Numbered from the stretch's first letter, positions 8,386 to 18,947 are shown. The stretch is 31,126 nucleotides of DNA from Bacteroidota bacterium (GCA_023423015.1 JAFAGE010000298.1:1-31126), one strand, 5' to 3'. The notes: generated from the letters alone by a model not told the origin. Numbers and translations are program-made.

Positions 8386-9516
8386 CTAAAGGTTACCCCG
8401 TAATGCCTGTTCACGTTCAATTGCTTCGAATAAGGCCTTGAAATTGCCTTTTCCGAAACTTTTCGCCCCTTTACGCTGTATGATCTCGAAGAACAGGGTT
8501 GGCCTGTCTTGCAGGGGCTTTGTAAAGATTTGTAAGAGATACCCTTCATCGTCGCGGTCGACCAATATTCCCAGCTCACTCAACGATGGCAATTCTTCGT
8601 CGATCTTCCCTACCCGCTCGGTCAGGTGTTCGTAATAATTACCGGGTACTTTCAGGAACTCCACACCCCTTTTTTGCAGTTCGGTCACAGTTTCTATAAT
8701 GTTCGATGTAGCAATGGCCACATGCTGCACGCCTTCGCCCTGGTAGTATTCGAGAAATTCCTCTACCTGCGATTTTTTCTTGCCTTCTGCCGGTTCGTTG
8801 ATAGGAAACTTAACAAACCCGTTTCCATTACTCATCACCTTGCTCATCAGCGCGCTGTAATCAGTAGATATGTCCTTATCGTCGAATGTGAGAATGTTCC
8901 GGAATCCCATCACCTCTTCATAAAATTTCACCCAGCGGTTCATCTGGTTCCAGCCCACATTGCCTACACAATGATCTACATACAACAAGCCAACAGGTTC
9001 AGGATTGTAATCGTTATTCCAAGCAACATAGCCAGGAAGAAAGGGGCCGTTGTAGAGGCTTCGGTCTACGAATAAATGCACCGTATCACCATATGTATGA
9101 ATGCCGCTGAGGGTAACGGAGCCAGAATCATCGCGCGTGGTTGTTGGCTCCATGTAGCTGGTGGCGCCGCGGCTGGTGGTTTCAATCCAGGCCTGCTTTG
9201 CATCATCTACCAGCAACGACAGAAATTTCACCCCATCGCCATGTTTATTTACGTGTTGTGCAATCGGTCCGTCGGGATCGAGTGATGTTGTTAGTACGAA
9301 CGTGAGTTTGTTCTGCCTGATAACGTAGCTGGCTTTTTCTTTCACGCCGGTTTCAGGGCCTGCGTAAGCCACCGACCGAAACCCGAATGCAGTTTTGTAG
9401 TAATGCGCGGCCTGTTTTGCATTGCCTACGAAAAATTCGATGTGGTCGGTGCCTTTCAATGGCAGAAAATCGGCAACCGGCGGCTGGGTAATATCCGCTT
9501 TTGTCAGAGGGTGCAT
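8386..9516 (-). CDS. hppD: 4-hydroxyphenylpyruvate dioxygenase
   Basis: DHIEFFVGNAKQAA, HGDGVK, iron ligands DHCVGN, QHVA and FFEIIQRKG, and C-terminal FGKGNFKALFEAIEREQALRGNL. ATG 9516 preferred over the ORF-track start 9564, which runs through both promoters. Confidence 0.97.
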   Translation of the reverse strand: MHPLTKADITQPPVADFLPLKGTDHIEFFVGNAKQAAHYYKTAFGFRSVAYAGPETGVKEKASYVIRQNKLTFVLTTSLDPDGPIAQHVNKHGDGVKFLSLLVDDAKQAWIETTSRGATSYMEPTTTRDDSGSVTLSGIHTYGDTVHLFVDRSLYNGPFLPGYVAWNNDYNPEPVGLLYVDHCVGNVGWNQMNRWVKFYEEVMGFRNILTFDDKDISTDYSALMSKVMSNGNGFVKFPINEPAEGKKKSQVEEFLEYYQGEGVQHVAIATSNIIETVTELQKRGVEFLKVPGNYYEHLTERVGKIDEELPSLSELGILVDRDDEGYLLQIFTKPLQDRPTLFFEIIQRKGAKSFGKGNFKALFEAIEREQALRGNL

Positions 9517-9519
9517 GAT

Positions 9520-9527
9520 CAAAGTTA
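9520..9527 (-). promoter_or_regulatory. -7 element (TAACTTTG) for hppD
   Basis: Exact TAnnTTTG on the minus strand, 3 nt before ATG 9516. Confidence 0.6.
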
Positions 9528-9548
9528 AACTTCTTTTACCCGCTTGAT

Positions 9549-9556
9549 TATATTTG
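9549..9556 (+). promoter_or_regulatory. -7 element (TATATTTG) for purK
   Basis: Exact TAnnTTTG, 18 nt before ATG 9575. Confidence 0.65.
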
Positions 9557-9574
9557 CTGCTCAATAAATTTATA

Positions 9575-10708
9575 ATGCTGAAAGTGGGAATTCTCGGGGG
9601 TGGCCAGCTGGGTCGTATGCTCCTTCAGGCTGCTGCCAATTATCCGGTAGAAACGTTCTTGATGGAAAATGATTCAGCAGCACCGGCAGCTCATCTTTGC
9701 CATCATTTTACGAAAGGTGATATTCGCAACTTCGACGATGTTTACCAATTTGGAAAGGGATTGGATGCAATCACTATCGAAATCGAGTCGGTTAATCTCG
9801 AAGCTTTGGAAAAACTGGAGTCGGAAGGTGTAAAAGTTTTTCCCAAACCTTCCGCGTTAAGAATTATCAAGAACAAGATTGCACAGAAGGAATTCTATCG
9901 CGATCTCCAGATCCCCTCACCCGCTTTTGTGATAACCGCTAACCAGCAGGAACTGAAGAATCAGTCATCGTACTTGCCAGCGGTACATAAACTGGCTGAA
10001 GGAGGTTACGACGGGCGGGGTGTACAGGTTATTCGCACGGAGAAGGATATAGATAAGGGATTCGATAAACCATCTGTGCTGGAAAAGATGGTCAACATCA
10101 AAAAGGAAGTTGCCCAGATTGTCGCAGTAAACAATAAAGGGGAGATCGCATTATTCCCGATCGTGGATATGGTTTTTGACCCCGACCTGAACCAGCTCGA
10201 TTACCAGATCAGTCCTGCGGATATTCAGGAGAAAACCCGGTGGAAAGTGGAAGCTTTATCCCTTGCCGTAGTAAAGGGTTTGAAGAGCCCAGGCATCTTT
10301 GCGGTTGAGCTCTTCATCGACAACAATAACGAGGTATACGTAAACGAAACCGCTCCCAGGGTACATAACAGTGGGCATCATACCATTGAAGGGAATTTCA
10401 GCTCGCAGTTCGATATGTTATGGAGGGTAATTTTAGACTTCCCTCTTGGAAACACGAAGGCTATATTGCCCGCGGCTATTGTTAACCTGGTAGGCGAAAA
10501 AGGCTTTGAAGGCGAGGCATATTATGAGGGACTGAACGAAGTTCTTAAGATGGATGTAGCCTTTGTACACCTTTATGGGAAGCAACAAACCAAGCCGGGA
10601 CGCAAGATGGGTCACGTAACCATACTTAGCAGCGACCGGCAGCATCTTATACATACCGCACACAAGATCAAACATCTGCTTAAAATAAAAACGCCTCCGG
10701 GCGAATGA
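9575..10708 (+). CDS. purK: 5-(carboxyamino)imidazole ribonucleotide synthase (N5-CAIR synthetase)
   Basis: GILGGGQLGRML, GGYDGRG, NETAPRVHNSGH, HLYGK and GRKMGH ATP-grasp motifs. ATG 9575 preferred over TTG 9554. Confidence 0.97.
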   Translation: MLKVGILGGGQLGRMLLQAAANYPVETFLMENDSAAPAAHLCHHFTKGDIRNFDDVYQFGKGLDAITIEIESVNLEALEKLESEGVKVFPKPSALRIIKNKIAQKEFYRDLQIPSPAFVITANQQELKNQSSYLPAVHKLAEGGYDGRGVQVIRTEKDIDKGFDKPSVLEKMVNIKKEVAQIVAVNNKGEIALFPIVDMVFDPDLNQLDYQISPADIQEKTRWKVEALSLAVVKGLKSPGIFAVELFIDNNNEVYVNETAPRVHNSGHHTIEGNFSSQFDMLWRVILDFPLGNTKAILPAAIVNLVGEKGFEGEAYYEGLNEVLKMDVAFVHLYGKQQTKPGRKMGHVTILSSDRQHLIHTAHKIKHLLKIKTPPGE

Positions 10709-10767
10709 TTCACTTACGTTCAGCGTCTAAGGGGTATCAATTAACTTTATAGCAGAATTTTTAGCAG

Positions 10768-11823
10768 ATGCAAATTGCCAAGAATGTCTTCCAGGTTGGC
10801 TTTATTTTATCGGTAATTTTTGGAGTTTCCTGTAAGGAAGAAAAAAAATCCCCGCCCTCGCCATCTAACCGGTCTGCAAACATGAGTCTGCAGGCCGAAG
10901 GTTTTGTAGTAAGAACCCGCCCTTTAACTGAAAACATTGCGATGCCCGGTACCCTCCTGCCATATGAAACCACGCAGATAAGGCCGGAAATATCAGGACG
11001 TATCGTTTCGCTCAACATTCCTGAAGGCAGGGTTGTTAGTAAAGGCACACTACTTGTTAAATTGTTTGATGGAGACCTGCAGGCCCAGCTGAAAAAGCTG
11101 GAAGTGCAGCTTTCTATTGCAGAGAAAACTGTGGAGCGTCAAAAAGCCTTGCTGGAAATAAGCGGGATCAGCCAGCAGGAGTACGATCTCAGTCAATTGC
11201 AGGCCAATAACCTGAATGCGGATATTGAGCTGGTGAAAGTGAACATTGCAAAGACCAGGATACTGGCGCCCTACTCCGGCAAAGTGGGTTTGAGAAATGT
11301 GAGCCCGGGGGCATATGTGACGCCGGCCGACATTCTCACCACCATCAGCCAGGTGAACGACCTTAAGCTTGAATTTACCGTACCAGAGAAGTACAGTGAA
11401 AATATGCGCAAAGGGCGTGAAGTGTCATTTACAGTTGACGGCCTCGATAAAAGGTATAAAGCCTCGATTATGGCCACAGAAACAACCATAGAAGCAAACA
11501 CCAGGAGCCTGCGTGTTCGCGCTGTTGTGAAAGGTGAGCAGGAAGAACTGGTAGCCGGCGGCTTTGCAAAAGTATCGCTGCAACTATCTCATGCAGATGA
11601 ACCCATGGTTGTTCCCACACACGCTGTGATTCCGCAGGCAAGAGGAAAGCGCGTGGTGATCTATCGTGGCGGTGTAGCCGAATTTAAAGACGTTAGCACC
11701 GGTATACGTGATTCTGCCTTTGTGCAGATTCTGGATGGATTGAAGGTAGGCGACACGGTTATCACTACTGCCCTCCTCGCCATCCGGCCCGAAAGTAAAG
11801 TAACGCTCACCAAAGTAAACTGA
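10768..11823 (+). CDS. RND efflux periplasmic adaptor (membrane fusion protein), lipoprotein
   Basis: Lipobox GVSC, lipoyl half-motifs IRPEISGRI and ILAPYSGKVG flanking a coiled-coil hairpin, and GLKVGDTV. Confidence 0.93.
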   Translation: MQIAKNVFQVGFILSVIFGVSCKEEKKSPPSPSNRSANMSLQAEGFVVRTRPLTENIAMPGTLLPYETTQIRPEISGRIVSLNIPEGRVVSKGTLLVKLFDGDLQAQLKKLEVQLSIAEKTVERQKALLEISGISQQEYDLSQLQANNLNADIELVKVNIAKTRILAPYSGKVGLRNVSPGAYVTPADILTTISQVNDLKLEFTVPEKYSENMRKGREVSFTVDGLDKRYKASIMATETTIEANTRSLRVRAVVKGEQEELVAGGFAKVSLQLSHADEPMVVPTHAVIPQARGKRVVIYRGGVAEFKDVSTGIRDSAFVQILDGLKVGDTVITTALLAIRPESKVTLTKVN

Positions 11824-11864
11824 TGTAGAATCAGGGGCTGCAGGCCGCAAACACCGTAGAGCAT

Positions 11865-14800
11865 ATGAACATTTCAGAACTAAGTTTGAGAAGACCGGTG
11901 CTCGCCACCGTAATGAATATAGCGATCGTTCTTTTCGGGATCATCGGCTTCACCTTCCTGGGTATACGAGATTACCCGGCGATAGATCCACCCAACATCA
12001 ATGTACGTACTTCATATCCCGGGGCAAACTCCGATATCGTTGAATCGCAGATCACGGAGCCACTCGAAAAAGCCATCAATGGTATTGCCGGTATCAAAAA
12101 CATCACTTCACTAAGCAGCCAGGGGACCAGTAACATCAATGTAGAGTTCGATCTGAGTATCGACCTCGAAGCAGCTGCAAACGACGTGCGCGATAAAGTG
12201 TCGCAGGCTGTCAGAAGTCTCCCGCGCGATCTTGATGCTCCACCGGTAGTGGCGAAAGCTGATGCTAGTTCGGATGCCATCATTTCAATGACCGTTCAGA
12301 GCAACACGCGAAACCAGCTTGAGATTACCGAATACGCCACGAACGTATTGGTGGAGCGGTTGCAGACGATTCCCGGAGTTAGTAGTATTCAGATATGGGG
12401 AGAAAAAAGATACGCCATGCGCATCTGGTTCGACCCTGCACGTTTGAGCGCATATAACCTCACACCCGGTGATGTTGAAGCAGCCCTTGCAAGAGAAAAT
12501 GTTGAATTACCATCAGGTAAAATTTCGGGAAATGCTACGGAGCTGTCTGTACGCACATTCGGCAGACTTACTACCGAAGAAGATTTCAATAACGTTATTA
12601 TTAAAAATGTAAACGGCGCCGACATTCGGCTTAAACAGATCGGTGAAGCCGTGCTTGGCCCGGAAAACGAAGAAACCATCCTGAAAGAGAGCCGCATTCC
12701 GATGATTGCTCTTGCTATCGTTCCGCAACCGGGTACCAATTATGTTGCAATTTCCAATGAATTCTACAGGCGACTTGAACAGCTGAAACAAGAAATTCCT
12801 GAAGATATTCAATTGAACATCGCACTCGACCAGACAAAATTCATCAAACGTTCGATACTTGAAGTAGAAGAAACGTTGATCATCGCGTTTGTTCTTGTGG
12901 TGCTTGTAATCTATTTATTCTTCCGTGACTGGCTCATCGCATTGCGGCCGTTAATAGATATTCCCGTGGCACTTATCGGTACCTTCTTCATCATGTACCT
13001 GAGCGGATTTACAATCAATGTACTCACATTACTTGGTATCGTACTCGCAACCGGCCTGGTGGTGGATGATGGAATTGTGGTAACGGAAAATATCTACAAG
13101 AAGATTGAAGCGGGCATGCCGAAATACCAGGCAGCGAAAGAAGGATCCAAAGAAATCTACTTTGCGGTAATTGCTACTTCCATCACGCTCGCGGTGATAT
13201 TTCTCCCCATAATATTCCTCGAAGGATTTGTTGGAAGACTATTCCGTGAATTCGGTATTGTGGTAGCAGGTGCGGTTCTTATCTCTGCATTTGTTTCGCT
13301 GACACTTACCCCGGTGCTGAACGTAAAGCTTACCCGTAAAGTGCATAAGCATTCCTGGTTCTATCGTAAAACGGAGCCGTTCTTCCGCGGCATGGAAAAT
13401 GGTTATCACCGTCTGCTGCAGAAGTTCATGGCAGCAAAATGGCTGGCGCTCGTAATCGTAGCGGTGTGTTTCGGAATTATATTTTTTGTAGGAAGCAATA
13501 TTCAATCGGAACTCGCTCCGCTCGAAGACAGAAGCCAGGTGCGGATGCAGCTTACAGCTCCGGAAGGAACTTCCTTCGACTACATGGATAAGTACGTTGA
13601 CAAGATTTCGCAGTTCATTATAGATTCCGTTCCGGAAAGAGAAATTGTGCTGAGCGTAACAGCCCCAGGCTTTTCCGGCGCTGGCGCCGTTAATACAGGC
13701 TTCGTGCGTGTAACGTTTATCGACCCGCAGGACCGTGAACGATCGCAGCAGGAAATCGTAGATATGATCGGCCGGAACCTTCGCCGCTTCCCGGAGGGCA
13801 GAACATTCGCGATACAGGAACAAACGATATCCGTTAACCGCCGTGGCGGCTTGCCTGTTCAATATGTTATTCAGAACAACAACTTCGACAAGATCGCTGA
13901 AGCACTACCAAAGATCCTTGACGAAGCAGATGACGATCCTACTTTCCAGGGTGTGGATTCAGACCTGAAATTCAACAAGCCTGAATTGAAAATTAACATC
14001 GACCGGTTGAAGGCGAGCGAACTTGGAGTAAGCGTTAACGATATATCGCAAACATTACAGCTTGCGCTGAGTAACAGGCGCCTTGGATATTTTATCCGCG
14101 AAGGAAAACAATACCAGGTGATGGGCCAGGTGGCGCGCAATGAACGCGATGATCCGACAGACCTGAAAAATATTTATGTAAGAAGCAGCCGTAACGAAAT
14201 CATCTCACTCGACAACCTCGTTTCGATTTCAGAAGAAACCACTCCGCCGACAATCTATCACTACAACCGTTATAAATCGGCGACTATCTCTGCAGGTCTC
14301 GCACCGGGAAAAACATTAGGAGATGGAATTCGTGCCATGGAAGCAATCGCTGCAAAACACCTCGATGAAACGTTTGCCACCAGCCTTGCAGGATCGTCAA
14401 GAGATTTTGCGGAAAGCTCCGGGAATACCCTGTTCGCATTCATACTGGCGCTCGTGTTGATATTCCTTGTACTGGCGGCACAATTTGAAAGCTTTATCGA
14501 CCCGTTCGTGATCATGATCACGGTACCGCTGGCGATTGCCGGGGCTATCCTTTCGCTTTGGGTTTTCAACCAAACGCTGAATATCTTCTCGCAGATCGGT
14601 ATGATCATGCTCATCGGGCTGGTAACCAAGAATGGTATCCTGATCGTAGAGTTTGCAAATAAAAAACGCGAAGCCGGCCTGTCGAAGATGGAAGCCGTTG
14701 TGGAAGCTTCTACAGCCAGGTTGCGCCCCATCCTTATGACGAGCCTCACTATGGCGCTTGGCGCGCTGCCTATTGCATTGTCGCTAGGTGCAGCAGCAAC

Positions 14801-14957
14801 AAGCCGTATTCCGCTTGGCATCGTACTTGTAGGTGGTATTCTCTTTTCCCTCATACTAACTTTGTTCGTGATTCCCGCGATGTATGCTTTTCTGTCGCGG
14901 AAAAAACAGAAATCGGGTATGCAGCTCCTCGACGAAAAAGAATCACAACGCGCATAA
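11865..14957 (+). CDS. RND efflux permease (AcrB/MdtC-like)
   Basis: 1030 aa; RRPVLA, ITEPLEKAINGI, and intact proton-relay motifs VVDDGIVV, VTKNGILIVEF, RLRPILMTS. Confidence 0.96.
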   Translation: MNISELSLRRPVLATVMNIAIVLFGIIGFTFLGIRDYPAIDPPNINVRTSYPGANSDIVESQITEPLEKAINGIAGIKNITSLSSQGTSNINVEFDLSIDLEAAANDVRDKVSQAVRSLPRDLDAPPVVAKADASSDAIISMTVQSNTRNQLEITEYATNVLVERLQTIPGVSSIQIWGEKRYAMRIWFDPARLSAYNLTPGDVEAALARENVELPSGKISGNATELSVRTFGRLTTEEDFNNVIIKNVNGADIRLKQIGEAVLGPENEETILKESRIPMIALAIVPQPGTNYVAISNEFYRRLEQLKQEIPEDIQLNIALDQTKFIKRSILEVEETLIIAFVLVVLVIYLFFRDWLIALRPLIDIPVALIGTFFIMYLSGFTINVLTLLGIVLATGLVVDDGIVVTENIYKKIEAGMPKYQAAKEGSKEIYFAVIATSITLAVIFLPIIFLEGFVGRLFREFGIVVAGAVLISAFVSLTLTPVLNVKLTRKVHKHSWFYRKTEPFFRGMENGYHRLLQKFMAAKWLALVIVAVCFGIIFFVGSNIQSELAPLEDRSQVRMQLTAPEGTSFDYMDKYVDKISQFIIDSVPEREIVLSVTAPGFSGAGAVNTGFVRVTFIDPQDRERSQQEIVDMIGRNLRRFPEGRTFAIQEQTISVNRRGGLPVQYVIQNNNFDKIAEALPKILDEADDDPTFQGVDSDLKFNKPELKINIDRLKASELGVSVNDISQTLQLALSNRRLGYFIREGKQYQVMGQVARNERDDPTDLKNIYVRSSRNEIISLDNLVSISEETTPPTIYHYNRYKSATISAGLAPGKTLGDGIRAMEAIAAKHLDETFATSLAGSSRDFAESSGNTLFAFILALVLIFLVLAAQFESFIDPFVIMITVPLAIAGAILSLWVFNQTLNIFSQIGMIMLIGLVTKNGILIVEFANKKREAGLSKMEAVVEASTARLRPILMTSLTMALGALPIALSLGAAATSRIPLGIVLVGGILFSLILTLFVIPAMYAFLSRKKQKSGMQLLDEKESQRA

Positions 14958-14968
14958 AAACAGCATTC

Positions 14969-16288
14969 ATGAAGAAAGTTTTTATCCTGACGGTATTGGT
15001 GTGTTCGTTCGCAACGATAAACGCGCAGCGACTGCTTACTATTGATGAAGCGATCGCACACGCGGTGCAACACAATTATGATGTACGGTTGGTTCGTAAC
15101 GATTCCGCTTCTTTTGCAGTAGATGCGCGCTATGCAGACGCGGCTTTTCTTCCGCAGATCAGTGGTACTGCAGGACGCATTTGGAACGACAACAACCAGC
15201 AACAGAATTTTACGGATGGAAGAAAGCGCAGTGCCGATGTTAAATCAAACAACACTACCGCTGCCGTAAACCTCGACTGGCTTCTGTTTGACGGATTGCG
15301 CATGTTTGTAACACGCGAACGTCTTAGCCAGCTAAAAGAATTGGGTGAGGCGAATGTGCGCAACCAGGTGGTGAATTCGGTAGCACAGGTGATAAATAAC
15401 TATTACAATATCGTGAGGCAGAAACAACAACTGCGCGCCATTGATACACTTATCACCATCAATGAAGAAAGGGTTAAGCTGGCCGAAAAGAAATTATCTG
15501 TTGGTTTGGGAAGTAAGCCCGAACTGCTGCAGGCACGTGTTGACCTCAATGCACAGTTTGCAGCGCAACTTTTGCAGGAAACATTAATTGCACAGCTTCG
15601 TGAACAACTGAACCAGCTGACAGGAATGCCGATTACGGCCGAGTACGACGTTGCTGATAGTATCCCAATAAACCTAAACCTCGACTACAATACCGTTGCA
15701 AACGACGTTGAAAACACCAATGCGGGACTACTCGCCAGCCGCAAAACCATCGACATTGCGAAACTTGCCCTGAAAGAGAGAAAGGCGGAATTGTTTCCGA
15801 CTATCAGTTTTAATACGGCATATAATTTTGGCCGCACATCGAATGCCCGTGTGGTAAACCCTGAGTTCCAGCCGATATTCAGTTTGAACAAAGGATTCAA
15901 CTACGGATTCACAGCTAATATCCCTATCCTTACTGGTTTTAATCAGCGCCGGTTAATCCGTCAGGCAGGCCTTGACCTTGAATACAACCGCATTGCCTAC
16001 GACACGCAGAAGTCGCGCGTTGAACTTGGAATTAACAACTCCTTCAAAGATTACCAGTATCAGAAAAAAGCACTACTGCTCGAAGAAGAAAATATTGCCC
16101 TGGCAAAAGAAAATGTGTTCATTGCACTTGAACGGTTTCGACAGGGTGTGTCTACTTATCTTGAATTACGCGAAGCGCAGATTAGTCTTGAGCAGGCATA
16201 CAACCGCCTGATCGCAGCACGTTACAATACAAAACTTGCAGAAACAGAATTACTGCGTCTGAAAGGAACTATCGCGGCAGAACAGTAA
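14969..16288 (+). CDS. TolC-family outer membrane efflux protein
   Basis: Signal peptide ending INA|Q and two OEP repeats (AAFLPQIS / AELFPTIS; LSVGLGSKPELLQA / FRQGVSTYLELREA). Third gene of the RND cluster. Confidence 0.92.
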   Translation: MKKVFILTVLVCSFATINAQRLLTIDEAIAHAVQHNYDVRLVRNDSASFAVDARYADAAFLPQISGTAGRIWNDNNQQQNFTDGRKRSADVKSNNTTAAVNLDWLLFDGLRMFVTRERLSQLKELGEANVRNQVVNSVAQVINNYYNIVRQKQQLRAIDTLITINEERVKLAEKKLSVGLGSKPELLQARVDLNAQFAAQLLQETLIAQLREQLNQLTGMPITAEYDVADSIPINLNLDYNTVANDVENTNAGLLASRKTIDIAKLALKERKAELFPTISFNTAYNFGRTSNARVVNPEFQPIFSLNKGFNYGFTANIPILTGFNQRRLIRQAGLDLEYNRIAYDTQKSRVELGINNSFKDYQYQKKALLLEEENIALAKENVFIALERFRQGVSTYLELREAQISLEQAYNRLIAARYNTKLAETELLRLKGTIAAEQ

Positions 16289-16311
16289 TCTGGCTTATGG
16301 CGATTTCTTCC

Positions 16312-16319
16312 TACTTTCG
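16312..16319 (+). promoter_or_regulatory. Candidate -7 element (TACTTTCG) for the six-gene sugar operon
   Basis: One mismatch to TAnnTTTG, in the 57-nt gap between tolC and the MFS gene. Confidence 0.4.
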
Positions 16320-16345
16320 GAAATATCAGGCATTAAGCTAACTGC

Positions 16346-17722
16346 ATGCGTAAACCGTTACAGAATCGCCCGTCTTCCGTATATGCTCACCAGTTGAGTA
16401 AAAGGCAGATTACGGTTTCCATTATCATCATCGCGGGTATGTTTTTCATATTCGGTTTTGTTTCGTGGCTGAACGCGATACTCATACCTTATTTCAAAAT
16501 TGCATGTGAGCTTACCGACTTCGAGTCTTACCTGGTAGCTTTCGCTTTTTACATTTCCTATTTCGTTGTGTCTGTACCGGCAGGATATTTACTGAAATAT
16601 GCAGGATACCGGAAGGGGATGATGATTGGTTTCTTTATCATGGCAGTTGGTGCGTTCATTTTTGTGCCTGCTGCGATGGCTCGTAGTTATGGCACCTTTC
16701 TTACGGGGCTGTTTTCATTGGGTGCTGGTCTGGCTATTTTGCAGACAGCTGCGAATCCTTACATCACCATCCTCGGCCCCGTTGAGCGTGCTGCCCAGCG
16801 GTTCAGCATAATGGGAATTCTTAACAAAGGAGCGGGCATCCTGGCTCCCCTGCTTTTTGCACAGATAGTACTCAGGGCAACGGATACCGATCTGTTTAAT
16901 CAGCTGGCAACAATGACGGATGCGGAACGCAGCGCTGCCCTAGACGCTTTGATAAGACGTGTGATTTATCCATATGCATGCCTGGGCATCATCCTTTTCC
17001 TTATTGGTTTATTCGTGCGATACTCACCTCTACCGGAAGTAGAAAACACAGAAATACCTGGGCAATCCGGTAAAAATTCTAAAACATCTATATTCCGCTT
17101 TCCACACCTGGTGCTTGGAGCCATTGCTATTTTCCTGCATGTGGGTACGCAGGTGATATCCGTAGACACCATCATCAGTTACGCCCAGCGAATGGACATT
17201 ACACTCTACGATGCCAAAGTGTTTCCATCGTTTACACTGGCAGCAACGTTGGTGGGATATGTCTGCGGCATCATTGCAATTCCACGGCTAATAAAACAGG
17301 TAAATGCGTTACGTATATGTACTGTTTTGGGACTGATCTTTTCGGTTATGATCCTGGTGGCGCGGGGTAATGTGCAACTTTTTGGATTTAACACCGATCT
17401 GTCAATCTGGTTTATCGTGCTGCTCGGCCTCGCCAATTCGCTTATCTGGGCAGGTATCTGGCCGCTGGCAATGGATGGATTGGGTCGCTATACGAAAATC
17501 GGCGCATCGGTTATGATCATGGGTTTATGCGGTAATGCCTTGCTGCCGCTGGTATATGGATATTTCGCCGACAAATACGACCTGCGTTCTGCATATGCGA
17601 TACTCATACCTTGTTACCTTTATCTGGTATTTTACGCAGTATATGGACATAAAATCAGGCGGTGGAAATTTAGCGCCCCTGGTAAGTCGGTCACGGTAAA
17701 GAATATAAATGAGCCTGCTTAA
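16346..17722 (+). CDS. Sugar MFS transporter, FucP/GluP (NagP-like) family
   Basis: FFIFGFVSWLNAILIP, AFYISYF, LQTAANPYIT and LGLANSLIW motifs, with about 12 hydrophobic segments. Confidence 0.92.
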   Translation: MRKPLQNRPSSVYAHQLSKRQITVSIIIIAGMFFIFGFVSWLNAILIPYFKIACELTDFESYLVAFAFYISYFVVSVPAGYLLKYAGYRKGMMIGFFIMAVGAFIFVPAAMARSYGTFLTGLFSLGAGLAILQTAANPYITILGPVERAAQRFSIMGILNKGAGILAPLLFAQIVLRATDTDLFNQLATMTDAERSAALDALIRRVIYPYACLGIILFLIGLFVRYSPLPEVENTEIPGQSGKNSKTSIFRFPHLVLGAIAIFLHVGTQVISVDTIISYAQRMDITLYDAKVFPSFTLAATLVGYVCGIIAIPRLIKQVNALRICTVLGLIFSVMILVARGNVQLFGFNTDLSIWFIVLLGLANSLIWAGIWPLAMDGLGRYTKIGASVMIMGLCGNALLPLVYGYFADKYDLRSAYAILIPCYLYLVFYAVYGHKIRRWKFSAPGKSVTVKNINEPA

Positions 17723-18947
17723 GATTTTTAATGGAAGAGTTATTACGCCTTTTGGGATAATTGAAAACGGCTGTGTACTCGTGCGGGATGGTAAGATAAT
17801 TTCTGTGTCTGAAAATGGCGACGACATCACAGCCGATGAAACCATCGACGCACAAAAACAATACATTTCCCCTGGCTTCATCGATATTCATGTGCACGGC
17901 GGCGGGGGACACGATTTTATGGATGGTGAGGAAGAAGGTTTTCTGGCGATTGCATCCACACATGCAAGATATGGAACAACATCCATGATGCCCACTACCC
18001 TTTCGTGTGAACAATCGGAACTGTTTCAAACCCTCGAGGCCTATAAACGTGCAGATATGCGAAACACGCATGGCGCGCAGTTCGTAGGAATGCACATCGA
18101 AGGTCCTTATTTTGCCATGAACCAGCGCGGCGCACAGGACCCGAGATTTATTCGTAATCCCGACCCATCAGAGTATAAAAAGATCATTGCATCAACCAAT
18201 GTAATTAAAAGATGGAGCGCCGCTCCCGAGTTGGAAGGCGCCCTGGAATTTGCGACATATTTGCGCGAGCATGGAATACTACCCGCCCTGGCACACACCG
18301 ATGCTATTTATGAAGAGGTGGTTAAAGGCTTTGAACACGGATACATTCTGGCTACACACCTGTACTCAGCAATGTCGGGCGTAACCCGCCGGAATGCTTA
18401 TCGTTATGCCGGAGTGGTAGAAAGTGCTTTCCTGATCGATGACATGTATGTGGAAGTGATTGCCGACGGATGCCACCTGCCCGCGCCACTACTCAAACTG
18501 ATCTATAAAATAAAAGGGGCGGAAAAAATCGCGCTGATTACAGATGCTATGCGGGCAGCTGCAATGCCACCCGGTGAAAGTTTACTTGGCAGTAAAAGAA
18601 ACGGACTTAAGGTAATTGTGGAAGACGGGGTTGCTAAATTGCCGGACAGAACTTCATTTGCCGGCAGTGTGGCAACGGCAGACCGTTTGGTGCGAAACAT
18701 GATACAACTTGCAGAAGTACCCATTACAGAAGCCGTGAAGATGATCACAGAAACACCGGCAGCGATATTGAACTTATCTGACCGTAAAGGATCACTGGTT
18801 GCCGGCAAAGATGCAAACATCGTATTGTTCGACAACAACATCAATGTAAGCACGACCATTGTGAATGGAAGAATTATTTACAGAAAAGACGAAGATTCGA
18901 CACTAAACGAAAAAAACGATCATGAACGATCCGCAAAAATGGTATGA
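17709..18947 (+). CDS. nagA: N-acetylglucosamine-6-phosphate deacetylase family amidohydrolase
   Basis: PGFIDIHVHG, GTTSMMPT, HIEGPY, LAHTDA, ATHLYSAM, IADGCH, LITDAM and FAGS. Exact substrate unverified. Confidence 0.9.
   Translation: MSLLKIFNGRVITPFGIIENGCVLVRDGKIISVSENGDDITADETIDAQKQYISPGFIDIHVHGGGGHDFMDGEEEGFLAIASTHARYGTTSMMPTTLSCEQSELFQTLEAYKRADMRNTHGAQFVGMHIEGPYFAMNQRGAQDPRFIRNPDPSEYKKIIASTNVIKRWSAAPELEGALEFATYLREHGILPALAHTDAIYEEVVKGFEHGYILATHLYSAMSGVTRRNAYRYAGVVESAFLIDDMYVEVIADGCHLPAPLLKLIYKIKGAEKIALITDAMRAAAMPPGESLLGSKRNGLKVIVEDGVAKLPDRTSFAGSVATADRLVRNMIQLAEVPITEAVKMITETPAAILNLSDRKGSLVAGKDANIVLFDNNINVSTTIVNGRIIYRKDEDSTLNEKNDHERSAKMV

Noticed and set aside
8386..9516. hppD without hmgA as a pyomelanin locus
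   Set aside because: hmgA may lie elsewhere in the genome, so absence from this window is uninformative.
14270..15202. 310-aa minus-strand ORF
   Set aside because: Lies antisense to the RND permease and tolC, has no recognisable motifs, and fits a codon-bias shadow.
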